NCBI RefSeq assembly: GCF_000011125.1
Contig: NC_000854.2
Coordinates: 510,001-542,000, forward strand
Reading direction: 5' to 3'
Source: Aeropyrum pernix K1
Lineage (GTDB): Archaea; Thermoproteota; Thermoprotei_A; Sulfolobales; Acidilobaceae
Length of the DNA stretch: 32,000 nt
Positions 26,898 through 32,000 of this stretch are shown piece after piece. The position numbers were made by a program, and so were the translations under genes. Under the pieces are notes generated by a model. That model was not told where the DNA came from, did no database searches, and saw nothing but the letters and a program-made list of their open reading frames with translations. Positions within the stretch are counted from its first letter, which is position 1. Each line of letters begins with the position of its first letter.

Positions 26898-28352
26898 ATG
26901 GGAGTTGGTGTAAGCCCTTTCCATGGGGATTGGTCTTTGGCTAGTGGGCAGGACAAGACTCATATAGACTATGCTTACGAGCTAGATATAACTGTAAAAC
27001 CCGACTCTAGGGTTCCTGTGTTTAACCGGGAGTTCGCTACATTCACCGGGGCGGGTGTGCCGCTCTTCAGCCTTGGAGGCGGTCCTATACGCTACGCTCT
27101 GGCCGAGGTCCTGGCTAAGTTTCACGCGAGGAGAGGCTACTATGTTGTGGAGACTCCTATAATTGCAAGCACCGAGCTCTTCAAGGTGTCCGGCCACATA
27201 GAGTTCTACAGGAATAACATGTATCTCTTCGATATAGAAGGTCATGAGTTCGCTGTCAAGCCGATGAACTGTCCCTACCATATACTGCTGTTCCTGAACG
27301 AGGTTGCCAAGCACAGGTCGAAGCTGCCCCTACCCTTCAAGGTCTTCGAGTTCGGGAGAGTCCACAGGTACGAGCCTAGCGGAAGCATATATGGGCTGCT
27401 AAGGGTCAGGGGGTTCACTCAGGATGACGCCCACATTATAGTCCCCGGGGGGAGGGTTATCGATGTGGTGTACGATGTTTTCGAGGAGATGAAGCTTGTC
27501 CTTGAGAGGCTTTTCAAGCTCGGTGTGTCCTCGGAGACGTTCAAAGTTAGGCTGAGCATGTCGGATAAGAGCCTTATAGGGAAGGAGTTCATGGGGTCCA
27601 AAGAGGAGTGGGAGGGTGCTGAGGAGGCCCTTAGGGAGGCTGCAAGCAGGATAAATGAGAAGTATGGTATAGATATTGTCGAGCTAGAGGGGGAGGCCGC
27701 CTTCTACGGCCCCAAGCTCGACTTTATCATGATGGTTGAGGAGTCGGGGGTGAGTAAGGAGTGGCAGATGGGGACTATACAGTTCGACTTCAACCTCCCT
27801 AGGAGGTTCAGGCTTTACGACGTTGTCAGAGAGGAGTTCGGTATAGAGGAGGTCTACATAATACACAGGGCTCTCCTAGGCTCCATAGAGAGGTTTCTAG
27901 GCGTCTATCTGGAGCACAGGAGGGGTAGGATGCCGTTCACCCTGGCCCCAATACAGTTCGCGGTTATCGCTGTCAAGACTGGGGGCGAGGTCGACAGGGA
28001 GATAGAGGATTTAGCTAGTAGCATAGCGAAAGGACTTTTAGACAAGGGGTTTAGGGTCGCCGTTAAGGGATCTTCCAAGACAGGCCTCTCAAGCGATGTC
28101 AGGCATATAGAGTCCACTGCAAAGCCTGCTGTCAACGTATTCATAGGCGCCAAGGAAGTCAGAGAGAAAGTGCTAGACGTGAGGGTTTTCGACCTAGAGT
28201 CCATGAAGAGGAGGAGGCTCGCCATAGCGTATGGGGACGCGGCCGATGCTGTGGAAAATCTAGCCGCTGTTGCAGAGGAGCTCGAAAGCCCCGTTAGATC
28301 CCTCTCGGGCCAGGCGCCCAGGATACCGGCTGACTTCAGCTTCATGCTATAA
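26898..28352 (+). CDS. thrS: Threonyl-tRNA synthetase catalytic subunit (lacks N-terminal editing domain)
   Basis: Class II core and anticodon-binding domain: VVETPIIASTELFKVSGHIEFYRNNMY, VKPMNCPYHILLF, RVHRYEPSGSIYGLLRVRGFTQDDAHI, RALLGSIERFLGVYLEHRRG. Starts directly at the catalytic core. Confidence 0.94.
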   Translation: MGVGVSPFHGDWSLASGQDKTHIDYAYELDITVKPDSRVPVFNREFATFTGAGVPLFSLGGGPIRYALAEVLAKFHARRGYYVVETPIIASTELFKVSGHIEFYRNNMYLFDIEGHEFAVKPMNCPYHILLFLNEVAKHRSKLPLPFKVFEFGRVHRYEPSGSIYGLLRVRGFTQDDAHIIVPGGRVIDVVYDVFEEMKLVLERLFKLGVSSETFKVRLSMSDKSLIGKEFMGSKEEWEGAEEALREAASRINEKYGIDIVELEGEAAFYGPKLDFIMMVEESGVSKEWQMGTIQFDFNLPRRFRLYDVVREEFGIEEVYIIHRALLGSIERFLGVYLEHRRGRMPFTLAPIQFAVIAVKTGGEVDREIEDLASSIAKGLLDKGFRVAVKGSSKTGLSSDVRHIESTAKPAVNVFIGAKEVREKVLDVRVFDLESMKRRRLAIAYGDAADAVENLAAVAEELESPVRSLSGQAPRIPADFSFML

Positions 28353-28377
28353 GCACGGCGGCACAGGTGCTTAGGCG

Positions 28378-29388
28378 TTGTTGAGCGGATGGCGAGGGGT
28401 ATCGGTGGTATACGACAGGTGTGTGGAGCTGGGGAAAGAGATAGGTAGGCTTGTCGAATCTATGGATGTCGACCAGTTTCTAAACCCCGAATACTATCCC
28501 CCAGCCGACGCCCCCAGGGAGGTTGTGGCCTCATATTTCCTCGTCATGGTAGCCATGGACCACAGGCTGAGCAGGCCAGGTAAGCCATATGAGGCTGTGG
28601 TCGACGGCAAGCTGTACCACGGAGCCGACCTCCTCTACAGGCTAGGGTCCAAAAAGCTCCAGGAGGATCCAGGCTTCTTCACAGCCGAGAGGCTCTCAAG
28701 AGTTACTGTAGAAGATGTGAAGGAGTGGCTGTCAGTAGGCAATGCCTCCCCGCCCGATCCGGATGTTAGAGCCAAGCTTCTCAGGGATCTCGGCAGGAAG
28801 CTCATGGCCCTATACCAGGGTAGCGCGTGGATGCTTATTGTAGAGTCTAAAGGGTACTTGAGGCGCGGGGTTGGCGAGGGCTTCGTGGACAGGCTTAAGG
28901 TTTTTACCGCGTACCAGGATCCCGTGGAGAAGAAGGCTTTCCTGCTGGCCAAGTTTCTAGAGCGCCGCGGTGTCGCCCGCTTCGCTGACCCCCATAACAA
29001 GGAGTTGCCCGTCGACAATCACCTGGTAAGGCTGGCTCTTAGGATGGGTATAGTATCGGCCACTGAGGACCTGCTGGAAGCCGTGAAAAGGCAGAGGGAG
29101 GTTGACACGCTCGACGATGTGGCTCTAAGGCTAGCCTCTAGAAGGGCGTGGAGGATAGTGGCGCAGCACGGAGGCATAGACCCTTTCATACTAGACGACT
29201 TCCTGTGGGCTTTCGGGAGGCTCTGCTGCACGCGCGACGCCCCCACGTGCAGGACAGGTTGCAGCGCTAAGTGCCGCGGCATGGGCTGGTGTGACGGCGG
29301 GTGCCCATTGTCCAGGGTCTGCAGAGCGTATAGTGACGACAGGTTAATGGTCCCGGAGCATAGATTCCTATTGACCTGGTGGTATTGA
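28378..29388 (+). CDS. HhH/DNA-glycosylase-like protein with Cys-rich C-terminus
   Basis: Helical protein with VDNHLVRLALRMGIV and DPFILDDFLWAFGRLCC...CRTGCSAKCRGMGWCDGGCPLSRVC. The glycosylase relationship is inferred. Confidence 0.6.
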   Translation: MLSGWRGVSVVYDRCVELGKEIGRLVESMDVDQFLNPEYYPPADAPREVVASYFLVMVAMDHRLSRPGKPYEAVVDGKLYHGADLLYRLGSKKLQEDPGFFTAERLSRVTVEDVKEWLSVGNASPPDPDVRAKLLRDLGRKLMALYQGSAWMLIVESKGYLRRGVGEGFVDRLKVFTAYQDPVEKKAFLLAKFLERRGVARFADPHNKELPVDNHLVRLALRMGIVSATEDLLEAVKRQREVDTLDDVALRLASRRAWRIVAQHGGIDPFILDDFLWAFGRLCCTRDAPTCRTGCSAKCRGMGWCDGGCPLSRVCRAYSDDRLMVPEHRFLLTWWY

Positions 29389-29395
29389 GAGGAGA

Positions 29396-30478
29396 GTGGT
29401 GATGGAGGGTCTAGTCGCCGAGGTGATGAGGGAGTCTGGTGAGGGCTGCACTGTCTACAGCTCGATAGCCGGGCCTATAGCCCTCGGCCATGGCGGGCTG
29501 GCAACGAGAAAGTTCTCGCTAAGGTTCTCGCAGCATAAGCCCTACGGGGGAAAGGCCGAGAGGGTATTCGTCTCCGTGGGCGTCCTACTATCAAAAACTG
29601 TGAAAACTCCTCTGAAGTGGAAGCTAGCTGTCGACGGCTCAACTCTATCCCGTGAGATCAAGCCGCAGGTTACAGTCGATCTGGAGGAGGCTAAGTATGC
29701 TAAGATGGTGATAGATGCGACTCCACTCCTCTCCTCGAAGTTCAGCGAAAGGAGCGTTCACAACCTCTTCACATACTACGACGGCGCTCAGCCCATAACC
29801 CTCGTCGACGTATTCATGGTTGCTGTCTACAGGCCCCTCGAGGATGATAACACCTCCTATCATTTCAAGGCAAGCTACCACACAGGAGCCTTAGCCCTAG
29901 AGCCTGGGGATGTTGCTAAGGTGTATTCAACCCTGGGGAGGGCTCAGGATGACGCGTTTAGGGTTGCTGTGGCGGGAGTCCAGGTCTCCAGCCCCCAGCT
30001 TCGGGTGTACCTCGTTGCGGGGGGTAGCAGGAGGGATTACGCAGCAGGCCCGGGCTACAAGCTGCTCAGGGTAGATATACCCTACAGGGGGGTCGAGGTG
30101 CCCGTGGCTGTTGTTAACGAGCCTGTCGATACCCCGGTCTACCCGCGGCTCAGCATTGTAGGGGATATACTCGTCTACGAGTCAAGGATTGACGGTCTGC
30201 GAGTGGGCATACGTGACGTGTCGATGGAGTACTCTAACAAGCAGACCGTGGTTAAGGCGGTGGTCTATAACGAGGGGTCGGTAGAACTCAAGAGGATCTC
30301 TATATATGTGCTGCCGAGTCCCAGGCACAAAGTATCTATAGATAGCCTAAAACCGGGCGAGCATAGGAGCGTGAGGCTACTTCAAGCTCCGGGCGATAGG
30401 CCCCCTCAGTGGATAGCGGTTGAAGCGAGCGCCGCCGGCGTTCCCTTCTATAGGGAATACCCGATAAAGCATTCCTAA
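29396..30478 (+). CDS. Conserved archaeal hypothetical protein
   Basis: 360-aa ORF beginning 8 nt after the previous stop, with beta-rich composition and no recognised motif. Confidence 0.7.
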   Translation: MVMEGLVAEVMRESGEGCTVYSSIAGPIALGHGGLATRKFSLRFSQHKPYGGKAERVFVSVGVLLSKTVKTPLKWKLAVDGSTLSREIKPQVTVDLEEAKYAKMVIDATPLLSSKFSERSVHNLFTYYDGAQPITLVDVFMVAVYRPLEDDNTSYHFKASYHTGALALEPGDVAKVYSTLGRAQDDAFRVAVAGVQVSSPQLRVYLVAGGSRRDYAAGPGYKLLRVDIPYRGVEVPVAVVNEPVDTPVYPRLSIVGDILVYESRIDGLRVGIRDVSMEYSNKQTVVKAVVYNEGSVELKRISIYVLPSPRHKVSIDSLKPGEHRSVRLLQAPGDRPPQWIAVEASAAGVPFYREYPIKHS

Positions 30479-30515
30479 TTCCTGCAGAGAGGAGGATACT
30501 AGGAGCAATAAGAGG

Positions 30516-30806
30516 CTAAACTAGTAGCTCGCGGGGAACGCCCCTCTTCCTTACATACTCTCTCAGGGGCTCCGCAAGGTTATAGCAGCCCACACCCTCC
30601 TCCAGAAGTCCTAGATCCACTAGCCTCGCTATAACCTCTTCAGGCTCCTCCACACCCTGATGCCTCAGCTCCTCCACAGCCTTAATCTCCCCCACCGATA
30701 TGTTCTCGAAAAAATATTTCAGCACCCTCTTCTCCACCCTCCCCAGCGATTCCACCAGGGAGAATAGCTTGTCGACCCTCTCGTCCACGGGCAAGCCCGC
30801 CCCCAT
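30516..30806 (-). CDS. Small winged-helix-like protein
   Basis: MGAGLPVDERVDKLFSLVESLGRVEKRVLKYFFENISVGEIKAVEELRHQGVEEPEEVIARLVDLGLLEEGVGCYNLAEPLREYVRKRGVPRELLV. ORF track start 30989 includes sequence antisense to the neighbouring Trm5-like gene; ATG 30806 is preferred. Confidence 0.6.
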   Translation of the reverse strand: MGAGLPVDERVDKLFSLVESLGRVEKRVLKYFFENISVGEIKAVEELRHQGVEEPEEVIARLVDLGLLEEGVGCYNLAEPLREYVRKRGVPRELLV

Positions 30807-30846
30807 GCAATACCCTATAGCCTTCGGCAGGATTTTATCATGTGTT

Positions 30847-31725
30847 ATGGAAGGGGAAGCCTTGGCTCTGCTGAAAGAGATAGCGGAGGAGGTGCTAGGC
30901 AGGGACAAGGCAGCGCTGCTCTGGAAGAGGATCGATATAATAGGCGATATAGCAGTTATAAAGAAGCCTATACACGGCGGTGTGAGCATAGAGGATTTGA
31001 GGCTTGTAGCGGGGGAGCTCCTCAGGAGACTCCCCCACGTTAGGAGCGTGTGGCTAGCAACAGGTCCTGTAGGGGGGTTGTTTAAAGTCAGGAGAGATCT
31101 ACTGCATCTAGCCGGGGAGAAGAGGACCTCTACGGTTTACCGTGAACACGGAGCCGAATTCCTCGTAGATATATCCAAGGTTTTCATAACTCCCAGGCTC
31201 AGCTTCGAGCACCTCCGCGTGGCGAGGCTTGTTAAGCCTGGAGAAACGGTTGTCAACATGTTCGCCGGAGTAGGGGTCTTCTCGATAATAATAGCTCTCA
31301 AATCAAGGCCTAGCAAGGTCTATAGCATTGACATAAACCCTGATGCATATAGGCTGATGATTGAGAACATTAGGCTTAACAGGGTTGAGGATGTTGTAGA
31401 GCCGATGTTAGGCGATTCAGCGAGGATAGTGAGTGAGAGTCTAAGGGGGGTTGCAGACCGGGTGCTGATGCCCCTGCCCGACCTCGCTCTAGACTATATA
31501 GGACATGCTCTCGACGCACTGAGAGGGCGGGGCTGGCTCCACGTTTACCTCCATGTCGACTATGAGAGGGGGAAGGGCCACCTGCGGAGGGCGTGCAAGC
31601 TGGTGGAAGCAGAGGTAGAGAGGCGGGGCTGGAGAGTGGTTGAGGCTAAGGCCCGCGTAGTGAGGAGCGTAGGGCCCAAGCTGCTGCAGGTCGTCGTTGA
31701 CGCTGTGGTGAGGCGGGATGGGTAG
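30847..31725 (+). CDS. Trm5/Taw22-family tRNA(G37) methyltransferase
   Basis: Trm5-type core: GPVGGLFKVRRDLLHLAGEKRTSTVYREHGAEFLVDISKVFITPRLSFEHLRVARLVKPGETVVNMFAGVGVFSI, SIDINPDAYRLMIENIRLN, VLMPLPDLALDYIGHAL. ATG 30847 preferred over 30700. Confidence 0.92.
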   Translation: MEGEALALLKEIAEEVLGRDKAALLWKRIDIIGDIAVIKKPIHGGVSIEDLRLVAGELLRRLPHVRSVWLATGPVGGLFKVRRDLLHLAGEKRTSTVYREHGAEFLVDISKVFITPRLSFEHLRVARLVKPGETVVNMFAGVGVFSIIIALKSRPSKVYSIDINPDAYRLMIENIRLNRVEDVVEPMLGDSARIVSESLRGVADRVLMPLPDLALDYIGHALDALRGRGWLHVYLHVDYERGKGHLRRACKLVEAEVERRGWRVVEAKARVVRSVGPKLLQVVVDAVVRRDG

Positions 31726-32000
31726 TATAGAGGAGGTGCTTTTGGAGGAGAGGCTCATAGGATATCTAGACCCCGGAGCCGAGAAAGTTTTAGCGAGGAT
31801 AAACAGGCCTTCAAAAATAGTGTCTACAAGCAGTTGTACAGGGAGGATAACACTGATCGAGGGCGAGGCTCACTGGCTCAGGAACGGGGCAAGAGTAGCG
31901 TACAAGACCCATCACCCCATATCCCGGAGTGAGGTTGAAAGGGTTCTAAGGAGGGGCTTCACAAACCTTTGGCTCAAGGTGACCGGCCCTATACTACATC
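31718..32000 (+). CDS. taw3: Taw3/TYW3-like wyosine-biosynthesis protein (truncated by window edge)
   Basis: ATG 31718 reads MGSIEEVLLEERLIGYLDPGAEKVLARINRPSKIVSTSSCTGRITLIEGEAHWLRNGARVAYKTHHPISREEVERVLRRGFTNLWLKVTGPILH..., with the TSSC(S/T)GRI signature. Not in the supplied ORF track. Confidence 0.82.
   Translation, partial: MGSIEEVLLEERLIGYLDPGAEKVLARINRPSKIVSTSSCTGRITLIEGEAHWLRNGARVAYKTHHPISRSEVERVLRRGFTNLWLKVTGPILH

Noticed and set aside
30807-30989. N-terminal extension of the small winged-helix ORF (MLTPPCIGFFITAISPIISILFQ...)
   Set aside because: Antisense to the start of the Trm5/Taw22-like gene; the internal ATG at 30806 gives a sensible protein.
1-32000. CRISPR array, toxin-antitoxin, restriction-modification or prophage modules
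   Set aside because: No regularly spaced direct repeats, no cas or defence-type motifs and no phage structural genes were recognised; the gene content is dominated by housekeeping functions.

Overview
This window looks like ordinary chromosomal DNA from a hyperthermophilic crenarchaeon. Several protein sequences match what I recall of Aeropyrum, but I could not run a database comparison, so the species is inference. It is densely packed with information-processing and metabolic genes: a protein disulfide oxidoreductase, a PPP-family phosphatase, a COG1395-type regulator, a THEP1 NTPase overlapping trm1, a TFE-beta-like Fe-S protein, a tandem-CBS protein, gar1 followed by a divergent TFB, a YjjX-like NTPase, rps8e, a coiled-coil protein and a GPN GTPase. 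These are followed by a heme-copper oxidase cluster (II, fused I+III, IV, a tiny membrane ORF and Sco), a TrmY-like gene, an ICMT-like methyltransferase, a DAO-type oxidoreductase, surE, a XerA-type recombinase, P5C dehydrogenase, an editing-less ThrRS, a Cys-rich glycosylase-like protein, and a Trm5/Taw22-Taw3 pair at the right edge. I see no CRISPR array, no intact transposon and no obvious new defence system. The least explained part is about 1.1 kb without a long ORF (about 13.8-14.9 kb), which contains several strong inverted-repeat structures. Other points worth a second look are a 36-aa transmembrane ORF absent from the supplied ORF track, an A-type oxidase lacking the usual K-channel lysine, the divergent TFB, and the Cys-rich C-terminus of the glycosylase-like protein.
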